NCBI GenBank assembly: GCA_038245785.1
Contig: JBBRSB010000009.1
Location: forward strand, 1 to 64,000
DNA: 64,000 nt
From: Gloeobacterales cyanobacterium
Lineage (GTDB): Bacteria; Cyanobacteriota; Cyanobacteriia; Gloeobacterales; PMM-0068
Direction: 5' to 3'
The notes beneath the pieces are model-generated. The model was not told the DNA's origin and made no database searches. It was given only the letters and a program-made list of their open reading frames with translations. Both the position numbers and the translations under genes were made by a program. Shown here one piece after another: positions 18,456 to 28,320 of this stretch. Positions within the stretch are counted from its first letter, which is position 1, and every line of letters starts with the position of its first letter.

Positions 18456-19463
18456 ATGAGGAAGCTTTACTTCTTGGTCCCTGGCACAGGCAACAAATTT
18501 GCCTGCGGTGGTCTTTGGGCAGAATTAAAAACCTTAGCCCTAGCTCAGCAGGTCTGTCATGCTGAAGTCGTGACCTATCGCCAACGGGAAAAAGATACGC
18601 TCTTTCTTGAAGATTTACTCCAAGGTAAGAATCTGGATGATGTCATTTTTGTAATGAGCTGGGGTTTTGATATCTTTGAACTAGCCGCTAAATTAAAGGG
18701 CTATCAGGCGGTATATCATGCCCATAGTGCGGGATATAAATTTATTCTTCCTGCCAATATTCCAATCATCACGGTTAGCCGCAACACCCTAGGTTATTGG
18801 GGACAGCAATCACCAAACACACTTATTTACTACTTGCCTAACCAAATATCCGATGAGTTTCGCAATTTAAATCTAGCGCGAGATATTGATGTTCTTGTGC
18901 AGGAACGTAAATCTTCTGAATACCTAATGCAAGAGTTGATTCCTGCCTTGAAGAAAAAATGCGAGGTGTTTGTCGTTGATTCCTATGTAGAAGACTTGGC
19001 AGGGCTCTTTAATCGGTCTAAGATTTATCTTTATGATTCGGCTGAATACTGGGCACAACAATCTGTCAGTGAGGGATTTGGTCTGCAGCCGATGGAAGCA
19101 ATGGCCGCTGGTTGCCAGATCTTTTCTAGCGTGAATGGTGGACTGTCTGACTACTTAGACCCCGGATTTAATTGCTATAAGATTTCAGCCTATTCGAAAG
19201 AGTATGATATCCAGCGGATTCTAAAGGTGATTGAGAATGCATCGCCGAGTGCCTTGCCTGAATCCTTTTTTGAAGAATATCGCACGGAAAATATTATTCA
19301 ACGCTTTAAAGTGATTATAGAAGACATTAATGACTTCTTTGACCATGCTAAGAATCATCCCTCAAATATTCAAAGCTTGACAAAAATTCGCCGAGTCAAA
19401 CTACTCTCTAAGAGAATTTCTAATAAGTTAAAAAAGAGATATTTTAGCAGCAAGGACTCATAG
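18456..19463 (+). CDS. Glycosyltransferase (GT-B fold, GT4-like)
   Basis: EGFGLQPMEAMAAG (E-x7-E) motif. Confidence 0.8.
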   Translation: MRKLYFLVPGTGNKFACGGLWAELKTLALAQQVCHAEVVTYRQREKDTLFLEDLLQGKNLDDVIFVMSWGFDIFELAAKLKGYQAVYHAHSAGYKFILPANIPIITVSRNTLGYWGQQSPNTLIYYLPNQISDEFRNLNLARDIDVLVQERKSSEYLMQELIPALKKKCEVFVVDSYVEDLAGLFNRSKIYLYDSAEYWAQQSVSEGFGLQPMEAMAAGCQIFSSVNGGLSDYLDPGFNCYKISAYSKEYDIQRILKVIENASPSALPESFFEEYRTENIIQRFKVIIEDINDFFDHAKNHPSNIQSLTKIRRVKLLSKRISNKLKKRYFSSKDS

Positions 19464-19508
19464 ACCCTTCACCATTGCGTTTGTTTGCACTTGTCGATTA
19501 CTGCACGT

Positions 19509-19535
19509 AAAAAGCCCCTCGTTAAAAGAGGGGCT
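19509..19535 (-). terminator. Intrinsic terminator
   Basis: AGCCCCTC/GAGGGGCT stem with an adjacent A run. Confidence 0.7.
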
Positions 19536-19603
19536 GAAGATTTGATGCCAAGTCCAATGCTTTACTTGAGATTTTTATAGAGTTTGATCTTGATTTTCTA
19601 TAA

Positions 19604-20116
19604 CTAACCATTTGGCTTAATGCTATTCCAGAATTGTGGAAAGACAGAAAATAGATACTGATGCTCACGAAACATGACGTACACCCATCCGCAAAGGATA
19701 GCCACGAAAAAGACCCGCCAAGAATAGCGTCCTGGACGAACACGCGATAAGAATTTATAGAGGCAGTTATCAGGGACTAACTCTTTAAGTTTGTTGTACT
19801 GCTTATATCCAAGACCTTCTTCCAGTTCGACTAGCCTTACTTCAAAATTTTTCTGCCTGTATAGATATATCTCTCCCTGAATCCAGAATACAATCGTGAT
19901 GATTAATCCAATTATAGCTACTGATAGTTTATCAACATCAGTGGCCATTTTTTCTTTGCCATATACAACTTGAAATAAGACTGCAGTACCTGCAGCCAAG
20001 AGGGTAAGCAGAGCCAAAAAGTGCGTATTATAATGTCGTACATTATCACTCAAATCCTTGTACTCTTCGTGAGTACAAGTCTCTTCAGAGGAAGCGTCGG
20101 GAGCAGGAGTCAGCAT
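19604..20116 (-). CDS. Small AT-rich membrane protein (about 3 TM)
   Basis: 170-aa ORF with three hydrophobic segments. Confidence 0.65.
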   Translation of the reverse strand: MLTPAPDASSEETCTHEEYKDLSDNVRHYNTHFLALLTLLAAGTAVLFQVVYGKEKMATDVDKLSVAIIGLIITIVFWIQGEIYLYRQKNFEVRLVELEEGLGYKQYNKLKELVPDNCLYKFLSRVRPGRYSWRVFFVAILCGWVYVMFREHQYLFSVFPQFWNSIKPNG

Positions 20117-20564
20117 ATTTTTCTCAGTAAGCGAACCAGATTTTTTATAGAGCAGGAAGAATTGTTCTATTTATTCTTTATTTCCTGATGAGTCATCAGT
20201 TATTGATCTCTGTTTGCGCATATAAAGGTTTATGCGAGCCGCAGCCTTACCTCCCTCCGTGGTGGGGAGAGCAGGCGTTATCAATCTGCGCGAAGTTTTA
20301 TTTCGCACATTTTTAGGGTTCCCAGAAGCTAATACCGATTTATCAAATGCCTCTCTAGCAAGCCTTAAAAGAATGGTTGTCATTACCCACAAAATTTCCT
20401 CAAGTTCTCTAATAGCAGCCAATTAAAAATCGCCGCAAGTTAGATTTTACCCACGAGATGGGAATACTTTTATGTGTAGGACAAACCTGCGGTCTCAAAA
20501 TCATGACTGCGAATCTCAATATGCGCTGTTAGAGCATCAAAGCACTTATTAATAGAGGACAAAT

Positions 20565-21143
20565 ATGACAATTAGCCTGACTAAAGGAGCGAACATTTCG
20601 CTCAGCAAGCAAGCACCTGGGTTGACTAAGCTCCTCGTGGGGATGGGATGGGACGCCCGCTGCACCGATGGTAATGCCTTCGACTTAGATGCTTCTGCAT
20701 TTGTTCTTGGTGAGGATGGCAAAGTTCTCTCTGACAGACATCTCGTCTTTTATAGCAACCTCGAATCTCCTTGTGCTTCTGTCGTCCACAGCGGTGACAA
20801 CACCACAGGCGCAGGTGACGGAGATGATGAAGCGATTCGTATCCTCCTCTCAAAGCTTTCAGCCGAGGCAAAGAAAGTGGTCTTTACCGTCACTATTCAC
20901 GAAGCACTTGAGCGTAAGCAGAATTTTGGACAAGTTTCCGGCGCTTTCATACGCATTGTGAATGAGGACGGCGGGGCCGAACTGACCCGCTACGACCTCT
21001 CTGAAGACTACTCCACCGAAACCGCGATGATTCTTGGAGAGCTATATCGCAACGCAGAGGAATGGAAGTTTCGTGCGATCGGTTCAGGATTCAAGGAAGG
21101 ACTTGCTAGTCTCTGCCGGAGCATGGGGCTGGCCGTCGCCTAA
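20565..21143 (+). CDS. terD: TerD-family protein
   Basis: [29 protein letters not shown]...EWKF. Confidence 0.92.
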   Translation: MTISLTKGANISLSKQAPGLTKLLVGMGWDARCTDGNAFDLDASAFVLGEDGKVLSDRHLVFYSNLESPCASVVHSGDNTTGAGDGDDEAIRILLSKLSAEAKKVVFTVTIHEALERKQNFGQVSGAFIRIVNEDGGAELTRYDLSEDYSTETAMILGELYRNAEEWKFRAIGSGFKEGLASLCRSMGLAVA

Positions 21144-21172
21144 CGCCTAAGTACTCTCAAAAGGTTTTTCTC

Positions 21173-22231
21173 ATGTCGACAATCTTGTCTTTTTTCCGCT
21201 GGCCACTTCTTATTTCAGCGGTACTGCTGGTAGGCGTCACAGTTTGGGGTTGGACTGTAGGGCAAGGTTTTACAGCTGGGACATTGGTTGCTATGCTCGC
21301 CGTTTTGGAAGTGAGCCTCTCCTTTGACAATGCTGTCGTCAACGCTAAGGTACTCACACGGATGAATGAGCTTTGGCAAAAGCGCTTTCTCACTTGGGGT
21401 ATTTTTGTTGCTGTCTTTGGCATGCGTCTCGTGTTTCCTCTTGCAGTCGTTGCTATCGGAAGTGGTATCGGCCCAGTTGAGATATTGGACCTCGCGATCT
21501 CCAGGCCAGAGGAGTACGCGCACCACCTGGAATTGGCCCACCCATACATTTCTGTGTTTGGGGGAATGTTTCTCCTCATGGTGTTTCTCAAATTTGCTAT
21601 CGACGAATCAAAAGATCTCCATTGGCTCGGAGCGATTGAGTCCCAGCTTGCTCGCCTTGGCAAGTTAGAGGCTTCCGAGATAGCAATTGCAATGGGGCTT
21701 TTGGTTTTCTGTATCCAACTTGTAGAAGCATCAATGCGTACTGGCCTGCTCCTGGCAGGCATCGGTGGACTGGTTACCTACATCCTTGTCGATGCCATAG
21801 GAAACCTGCTTGATCAAGGGGAGGAGGACTCAGATAGCGGTGGTGCATTGGTTTCCTTTACTGCTAGGGCGGGCTTTGGTGCTTTCCTCTACTTGGAAGT
21901 GCTCGATGCTAGCTTCTCCTTCGATGGCACCATTGGGGCTTTCGCAGTCACTAGTAACATTTTCATCATCACTATCGGACTTGGCATTGGTGCTTTCTTC
22001 ATCCGTTCAATGACCCTCTGGCTATTGCAACAGGGCACTCTTGCTGAGTACATCTTTCTCGAACATGGTGCCCACTGGGCGATTGGGGTGCTCGCGGTGC
22101 TGATGCTCGTTGGAATCGCTCTTCCAATCCCAGAGGCGCTGACTGCCCTTATTGGCTTTTTCTTCATCGGGCTTTCAGTGATTTCCTCGATTCAATATCG
22201 TCGTAAGACAGTGGCTCCTGCTGCTGAATAG
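21173..22231 (+). CDS. DUF475 (TerC-like) membrane protein
   Basis: LEVSLSFDNAVVNA, LEVLDASFSFDG, LEHGAHWAI. Confidence 0.88.
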   Translation: MSTILSFFRWPLLISAVLLVGVTVWGWTVGQGFTAGTLVAMLAVLEVSLSFDNAVVNAKVLTRMNELWQKRFLTWGIFVAVFGMRLVFPLAVVAIGSGIGPVEILDLAISRPEEYAHHLELAHPYISVFGGMFLLMVFLKFAIDESKDLHWLGAIESQLARLGKLEASEIAIAMGLLVFCIQLVEASMRTGLLLAGIGGLVTYILVDAIGNLLDQGEEDSDSGGALVSFTARAGFGAFLYLEVLDASFSFDGTIGAFAVTSNIFIITIGLGIGAFFIRSMTLWLLQQGTLAEYIFLEHGAHWAIGVLAVLMLVGIALPIPEALTALIGFFFIGLSVISSIQYRRKTVAPAAE

Positions 22232-22269
22232 TTACAAGCCAAATCATTCATTATGGAGGATTAAATTAA

Positions 22270-22842
22270 ATGGGTATTACTCTTCAAAAAGGCCAGCGTA
22301 TCAGCTTAGATAAAGTTGCTCCGGGCCTAGAAAAGATTTTCATTGGGCTGGGCTGGGACGTCAGAGCCACCGATGGATCTAACGACTTCGACCTTGATGC
22401 AGCAGCCTTTATGCTAGGTGCAAACGAAAAATTACCGAAAGACGATTTTTTCATTTTCTATAACAACCTCAAGTCTCCTTGCGGCTCAGTTCAGCATACT
22501 GGAGACAACCTTACCGGAGATGGTGAGGGAGATGATGAGGTGATCAAATTAGACCTTACTAAGATTCCAGCCAATATTCAGAAAATTGTGATTACCGTAA
22601 CTATCCATGAAGCAGTTCAGCGTGGGCAAAATTTTGGTCAAGTTACTAATGCTTTCGTACGATTGGTAAACGACAGCACTGGGGCCGAGGTTCTACGTTA
22701 CGACCTTACGGAGGATTACTCCACCGAAACCTGTCTCATTATGGCAGAACTGTATCGCAAAGATGGCGAGTGGCGCTTCAATCCCGTTGCCGCTGGATAT
22801 AAGGACGGCCTCCAAGCACTCGTCAACCGTTACGCAAACTAG
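22270..22842 (+). CDS. terD: TerD-family protein
   Basis: GLGWD, FDLDA, GDNLTGDGEGDDE. Confidence 0.92.
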   Translation: MGITLQKGQRISLDKVAPGLEKIFIGLGWDVRATDGSNDFDLDAAAFMLGANEKLPKDDFFIFYNNLKSPCGSVQHTGDNLTGDGEGDDEVIKLDLTKIPANIQKIVITVTIHEAVQRGQNFGQVTNAFVRLVNDSTGAEVLRYDLTEDYSTETCLIMAELYRKDGEWRFNPVAAGYKDGLQALVNRYAN

Positions 22843-22855
22843 AAAGAGCACACCA

Positions 22856-23467
22856 ATGACTATCAATTTACAAAAAGGGCAACGCATTTCGCTTTCAAAA
22901 GAGGCTCCTGGCCTTAAAAAGATGATGTGTGGGCTAGGTTGGGATGTAGCGAAGCGTTCTGGAGGTGGTATGTTCGGGATGTTTGGGCAGACGCAAGATA
23001 TTGACCTCGATGCCTCTGTCATCCTGCTTGGAGCCAACGGAAAGCTCTACGGACGGGAACTTCCTGACACCCTGGTCTACTTCGGCAATCTCACACACAA
23101 GAGCGGCTCCATTCACCACCATGGCGATAACCTCACCGGAGATGGTGATGGCGACGACGAGTGTATCAGCGTCGATCTCCAGCGAGTCCCGGCCGATGTC
23201 CACAAGCTTGTCTTCACTGTCAATATCTACCAGTGCCGTGATCGGAACCAGAACTTCGGCATGATCTCAAACGCCTTCGTTCGTCTTGTCGATGAATCGA
23301 GTGGTAAAGAGTTAATGCGCTATGACCTCTCTGGTAAAGATTTCAGCAATGCTACGGGCCTTATCCTTGCTGAAATGTACCGCCATGGTGACGAGTGGAA
23401 GGTTGCTGCTATGGGCGAGGCCGTTGTTGTAGATGGTCTCTCCCAATTGGTTAGTAAGTATGTCTGA
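22856..23467 (+). CDS. TerD/TerZ-family protein
   Basis: ATG at 22856; GLGWD, GGGMFGMFG insert, GDNLTGDGDGDDE. Confidence 0.88.
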   Translation: MTINLQKGQRISLSKEAPGLKKMMCGLGWDVAKRSGGGMFGMFGQTQDIDLDASVILLGANGKLYGRELPDTLVYFGNLTHKSGSIHHHGDNLTGDGDGDDECISVDLQRVPADVHKLVFTVNIYQCRDRNQNFGMISNAFVRLVDESSGKELMRYDLSGKDFSNATGLILAEMYRHGDEWKVAAMGEAVVVDGLSQLVSKYV

Positions 23468-23478
23468 GGAAAAAATTC

Positions 23479-24111
23479 ATGGTCATTCAACTTGAAAAGA
23501 CTGGGGATTCTTGTCGGATTAACCTTAGCAAGGAAAAAATTCAGCAGATTCACGTCAACCTTAATTGGAATACGCACTCTTCTGTGACATCTAAGGGGCG
23601 TAACTGGCTGGAAAAATGGATTGCTGCACAGCCTGAGTCTGCCGATCTTGACCTCGGCTGCATGTACGAACTCAATCCAAAGGCAGGCCAATTTGGCTTA
23701 AATGAGAAAGGAGTTATTCAAGCTCTGGGTAATTCTTTTGGCAGCAAGACAAGTCCACCATTTGTGTTTCTTGACAAAGATGATCGCTCAGGGGCCTCAG
23801 CGGATGGAGAAAATCTCTATCTGCTTCGGCCCGAGGTGATCCGTCGCGTGCTTATCTATGCATTTGTCTATGAGGGGGGACAGGACTTCCGCCATTTCGG
23901 AGCATCCTTGAGTATTAGCCTCGGAGGTGTTGAGCAGGTCAATTTACTTTTGGACAATTCTCAGAGTGGTAGTACCTTCTGCGCAGCGGCCATGATCACT
24001 TACAGCGGTGACCAGGTTGAAATCTGTAAGGAGGCCCGCTACTTCAGTGGACACTCCGATTGTGACCGCTACTACGGATTTGGCTTTCAATGGACGGCAG
24101 GCAGAAAGTAG
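23479..24111 (+). CDS. TerA-like Ter-domain protein
   Basis: VNLNW, DLDLGC.YEL, QALG..FG, LDKDDRSG...GEN, C-terminal W.AG.K. Confidence 0.8.
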   Translation: MVIQLEKTGDSCRINLSKEKIQQIHVNLNWNTHSSVTSKGRNWLEKWIAAQPESADLDLGCMYELNPKAGQFGLNEKGVIQALGNSFGSKTSPPFVFLDKDDRSGASADGENLYLLRPEVIRRVLIYAFVYEGGQDFRHFGASLSISLGGVEQVNLLLDNSQSGSTFCAAAMITYSGDQVEICKEARYFSGHSDCDRYYGFGFQWTAGRK

Positions 24112-24785
24112 GCATTACGCTTTCGCGATTCAATCTCTACCGGCCTGCGCGACGGTTGTGTCGTACTTGTTGGAAACGGCAGGCCGCTCACTGGCGACAC
24201 TGTCCCAATTGTGGAGCTCCAAATGCTGTGCTGTCTGCACAGCGGCCACGCCACTGTATCTGGGTAGATATCGACTTTGCGAGCATCGGGCAGTTTGCCC
24301 CCAGTTGTACTGAGATGATTGTGGAACTGCTTGGTGACTCCTGCTCGAAAGTATTCTCGGCCTTTCGCTCTGTTGATGTGTTTCTAACTACTGATTTGAG
24401 TGAAGCAGAACAAAAGGACGAAGAGCAAGAGCACACCCACGCACTGGTTGGCGCAGACGGTGCGCATACCGACTGGTTGGGCATTGCTACCTTCAGTCCT
24501 GGACGGCTGACACGTGCGGCAATTATCCGAATCGACCAGATCTGGCGTTCTTCAAACAATGCTGGCCTAGCCTTACATCAGGTATCAAATCTTCTTGCCA
24601 ACACAATCTCACATGAGATTGGGCATACCCTCGGACTAGATCATTCCACATATCAGAATGATGTAATGCATGACGGCCTTGTCCATGGCATTCACAGCTT
24701 TTGTCCTCCAGCATTTCACCCTTACCAGATTTACGCGATGAATCGGGCTATCTACTTACACAAGAAGGAGCAAGCACACCGATGA
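24090..24785 (+). CDS. Zn-ribbon plus metzincin (matrixin-like) metalloprotease
   Basis: CRTC...CPNCG; HEIGHTLGLDH followed by Met-turn DVM; start uncertain. Confidence 0.75.
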   Translation: MDGRQKVGITLSRFNLYRPARRLCRTCWKRQAAHWRHCPNCGAPNAVLSAQRPRHCIWVDIDFASIGQFAPSCTEMIVELLGDSCSKVFSAFRSVDVFLTTDLSEAEQKDEEQEHTHALVGADGAHTDWLGIATFSPGRLTRAAIIRIDQIWRSSNNAGLALHQVSNLLANTISHEIGHTLGLDHSTYQNDVMHDGLVHGIHSFCPPAFHPYQIYAMNRAIYLHKKEQAHR

Positions 24786-25528
24786 ACCGTCGCTGGACAA
24801 CTAATATGTGGCGAATCTTCATCAAGGCAGTCCAAGATTTGAACGCTAAAATTCCACTTTCGCTTGGACTGTGCGCTCTCAGTTATACGCTTTTTGCATT
24901 ATTTGCCCTGAGTAGAGGTGAAGTTGGAACAGTAGGTTTACTCTTGAGCGGAATTTATTTGTCTTGGTTAGTTTTCTATTTCGAGAAGCTTAAAAATAAG
25001 AATAACGTTATTCCAACTGAGCTTATTTTTGTGAATCTTCCCTTTGTTTTTCTCGGATTCCAACTATACATCACAACACTTCCTTGGGAAGCTAAATTGG
25101 TTACTATCATCTATACCCTTATATCGATCGTTTTTTACTGGAGCATATATTTTTATTTTCGAGAGCCAGGGCGTATCCAGAAGATTTTCAAAGAGCAGGT
25201 AGAGGATCAAGAGAAAAAGCGTATTTCAATGGGAGTATTACTTGCTTTTCTTGACGAATTTCATATCTTTATTTCTTTTGGTAGTGGCTTTGTAATTTTA
25301 GCTAATTTTTTCTATAAATATGGAGTTAATGGCAGTATAAATTACTGGAATAGCCTATATTATATTGCACTTACCTCAAATCTTTTGAGTGGTTTTGATG
25401 TTCCTTCGGATCTACCAATTTCAACTCCTGGAAAGATACTTTGTGGAGCTTCCAGTGTTCTAGGATTAATTTTTGAGACTCTCATCATTACAGCATTCTT
25501 ACGTGCATATCAAAGAGTGATTAAATAA
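24782..25528 (+). CDS. Multi-TM protein with C-terminal ion-channel-like (TM-pore-TM) segment
   Basis: ATGA overlap with the protease; about 6 TM; YWNSLYY..LT....GFD...P.S..GK. Confidence 0.55.
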   Translation: MNRRWTTNMWRIFIKAVQDLNAKIPLSLGLCALSYTLFALFALSRGEVGTVGLLLSGIYLSWLVFYFEKLKNKNNVIPTELIFVNLPFVFLGFQLYITTLPWEAKLVTIIYTLISIVFYWSIYFYFREPGRIQKIFKEQVEDQEKKRISMGVLLAFLDEFHIFISFGSGFVILANFFYKYGVNGSINYWNSLYYIALTSNLLSGFDVPSDLPISTPGKILCGASSVLGLIFETLIITAFLRAYQRVIK

Positions 25529-25830
25529 ATATACTTTATAGAGGGGAAGCTGTAGCTAACAGTACAAAGTATAAAGGAGGTCAGGCTCAAAGAGACTTAT
25601 AGGAGCCTAATCAGGTAGCTGGTAGTTCAAAGCAAAACTCTGTATGCCCGCTAGGCCTGACAGTTCTTTGGAATGGAAAACAAAGCTTTCCTATCTATTA
25701 TTTTAGCCTTTTCATTCCTACAAAACTGGGTTATTAGGTCTTCAAAACGCAAGAGAAAGCTTCAAGAAATGATAGGAAGCTGTATTGTTTGGGAACAATA
25801 CAAATCAACTGAGATAATTCCTTAACTAAA

Positions 25831-25923
25831 TATAGCAATCCGATCTGATTTGTAAGAATTTACTGGGGGTTAAAATCTGATCCCGCCTCAAACTCATCTC
25901 ATGTTTTATCTAGGATTGCTATA
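25831..25923. mobile_element. MITE with IS630-like TA-flanked terminal inverted repeats
   Basis: TATAGCAATCC ... GGATTGCTATA, 93 bp, non-coding. Confidence 0.7.
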
Positions 25924-26037
25924 GCGGCTGTAAATTTAGCTAGACCTAATAAAAGGAGAGGAGAATACATTTATGGGCACTTCGGTGCCACTGATATAAG
26001 AGTTATTCAGTATGCCACAGAGTAACAGGAGAAAATA

Positions 26038-26359
26038 ATGGGAGCAGGTGAAGTGAAACCATTCAAAGTGCCAATTTTAATTCAGCGCCAGAATCAGGTG
26101 GTATTTACGCAATATATGATAAACCGCTGGGGATATGATTGCTTACATTGGGAGATCAAACAACATCCGTCATAGACTCAAAGAGCATTTGAGCGGTCGT
26201 GGCAGCAAATCAATTGATATGTTAGTTGGAAATGGCCATGACTTGTGGTTTTCTTTTGGCCACTCGGATAATCCACCTGGTTCTGAAGCGGCAGAAATAG
26301 CGAGACTTTCTCCTCCTGGAAATAGAAAGCGCGAAGTCAAATATTTAGAAGACTTTTAG
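26038..26359 (+). pseudogene. GIY-YIG nuclease, frameshifted
   Basis: APESGGIYAI (codons from 26085) and YIGRSNNIRHRLKEH (ORF 26135-26359) lie in different frames. Confidence 0.7.
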
Positions 26360-26582
26360 AAGGATTTAGTAACTGACAAAGTGGGCAATACCACCTTGTT
26401 CTTTAGCAAGTTAATGTGGATGTAGTTTTGGATGGTTACGGATATGACTCCACAATCTATACGATCTCAGAGACGCGCATAACCCTATTCCTAGAGATGT
26501 TTTAGTGAAGCATTCCTATAGCAAAAACTATCCCATTAAAAAAACCCCTCTTTCACAGAAGGGCTTTTTGCATTAGAAGAAA

Positions 26583-27647
26583 TTACTTGAGTTCTTTATC
26601 CACGGTACTGGCAGGTACGTGATAGCCCTCTTTGTCACTGAGATGACAGTTGCCCACAATCGATTGCACATAGGACCAGTTGAACTTGGATTCGTGAACA
26701 AATTCAGGCCAGTTTGCTTTGATCGCCTTATGGGCTTGTGGCAAATGGTAGTAGGGAATGGCCGTAGAGAGATGGTGCGGAATGTGGACGCCAATCTTGT
26801 AGCAGACCAGTTCTACCCACCAAGGATATTCGCAGTGAACGGTACCAAACAGTTGAGCTTTGACCGGATTCCAGTCTTGAGCGGGGTAGTAAGGAATATC
26901 AGGATGGTTGTGGTGAATCAGGGTAAAGGTGCTCAACCAGAAGTGAAACACAACCCAGGGCATCAGCCAGTAGCTGATAAAACCCCATAGTCCAGTGAAG
27001 TAGAGCAGTGCCGGGAAGAATAGTGCGCTGAAAGCGAGGACTACTCCAATCGAAAAACGGGCTTCTGGCCATTCTTGAGTGCGGAACTTGTTCTTATCGT
27101 AGTGGAAGAGAAAGAGATGAATCTCTGAAGCAAACCACCAAGCGTAGGAATGGACATGACGATAGAAAAAGCGATCCAAGGGAGACATGGCCATATATTC
27201 TTCTGGCTTTAGCGTCTTCCAACTATTGTCGTTGTCCTGATGGTTCGTCCAGGCATGGTGGCGGTTGTGCATGATCCGCCAGCAATGAAAAGGATAAAGG
27301 GTTGGTAGCAGGAGGGTATGGCCAATAAAATCATTGAGCCATTTGTAGGGAGAGAAAGAGCGATGGCCGCAATCATGGGCTAGTACAAAGTTTCCCCAGA
27401 TGACCGTACCAATCCAGACCCAGAGAAGCGGAGCTGCCCAAACCGGGGCAACCGCAAGTGCTGCATAGGAAATAGCCAAAATGCCTAGATGCAAAGCGAC
27501 AGATGCCAGTCCTCGGACCGTATCTTTTTCAAAGCATTCTCGGGGTATGGTAGCCAGTACGTCTTGATAAGTAATTTCTTGCCCTAAACGGCTTAAAAGC
27601 TCACGATTTTTCGTACGGATATCCGTACGGTCTAGACTCCTGACCAC
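26583..27647 (-). CDS. desA: Delta-12 acyl-lipid desaturase
   Basis: His boxes HDCGH, HNRHH, HIPHH; GTVHCEYP. Confidence 0.8.
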   Translation of the reverse strand: MVRSLDRTDIRTKNRELLSRLGQEITYQDVLATIPRECFEKDTVRGLASVALHLGILAISYAALAVAPVWAAPLLWVWIGTVIWGNFVLAHDCGHRSFSPYKWLNDFIGHTLLLPTLYPFHCWRIMHNRHHAWTNHQDNDNSWKTLKPEEYMAMSPLDRFFYRHVHSYAWWFASEIHLFLFHYDKNKFRTQEWPEARFSIGVVLAFSALFFPALLYFTGLWGFISYWLMPWVVFHFWLSTFTLIHHNHPDIPYYPAQDWNPVKAQLFGTVHCEYPWWVELVCYKIGVHIPHHLSTAIPYYHLPQAHKAIKANWPEFVHESKFNWSYVQSIVGNCHLSDKEGYHVPASTVDKELK

Positions 27648-27769
27648 TATTAAGCACCCCTCTGAAAAGGAATAAGGATTATGATGAATCTCAGTAGATT
27701 CACGAGGCGAAAAGTTACTAAATGTAAACTTTGCTTCACCTATCGTACCAGGAAGAGTACCCCCATTTT

Positions 27770-28063
27770 CTAAACTTTGACCAGCAAAGTATTCCAGAGT
27801 AAAACTGTTCCGATCAGAATGAAGCCTACGCCAGCTCCCACCTTGATATAAACCTCTGGAATATAGCGGCCTACAATCTCACCTGCTAGAACACCGAGTA
27901 GGCTGGTGCAGACCAAGGCCGTGGCCGAACCCAGGAACACAGCCCACGGAGAACGGGCCTGGGCACTCATCATCATCGTTGCCAACTGAGTTTTATCGCC
28001 CAGTTCAGCTAGAAAAATGGACCCAAAAGTTACGGCTACCAATTTCCAATCAAATTCTTGCAT
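27770..28063 (-). CDS. UPF0016/GDT1/TMEM165-family half-size Mn/Ca transporter
   Basis: ELGDKTQ motif, 3 TM. Confidence 0.88.
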   Translation of the reverse strand: MQEFDWKLVAVTFGSIFLAELGDKTQLATMMMSAQARSPWAVFLGSATALVCTSLLGVLAGEIVGRYIPEVYIKVGAGVGFILIGTVLLWNTLLVKV

Positions 28064-28129
28064 GCAACAGATTCTCCCTTTATACGGGCGAGGACGAGAC
28101 TCCACCGCCCTGAATTAAACAGGTACAGT

Positions 28130-28226
28130 GAAAGTCTCGTCCCCAGAAAATCTGTCTCCTAAACCGGGCTTTTAAGCCAGTATGTCGATTTAGAAGGGCC
28201 GCTTATGCGGTAGACTACTCCCTTTC
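28130..28226 (-). ncRNA. yybP-ykoY Mn2+ riboswitch
   Basis: Minus strand GAAAGGGAGTAG...TCGACATACTGGC...GACGAGACTTTC, with a GAAAG/CTTTC P1 stem; upstream of a UPF0016 gene. Confidence 0.85.
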
Positions 28227-28233
28227 TTAGAGT

Positions 28234-28239
28234 ATTATA
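28234..28239 (-). promoter_or_regulatory. -10 element of the riboswitch leader
   Basis: TATAAT ending 7 nt before the aptamer 5' end. Confidence 0.65.
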
Positions 28240-28271
28240 CACGCGTCCATGAAGGTTTGTAAAAACCAAAC

Positions 28272-28297
28272 AAAAAAGGGACTTTAGAAGTCCCCTT
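28272..28297 (-). terminator. Terminator of the str/rpsJ operon
   Basis: GGGACTT/AAGTCCC stem with an A run on the + strand. Confidence 0.75.
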
Positions 28298-28320
28298 AAT
28301 GCGTAACAAGAGTTTTGAAT

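Noticed and set aside
20171..20426. Overlapping 83-aa and 64-aa ORFs upstream of the Ter operon
   Set aside because: No motif or RBS support on either strand
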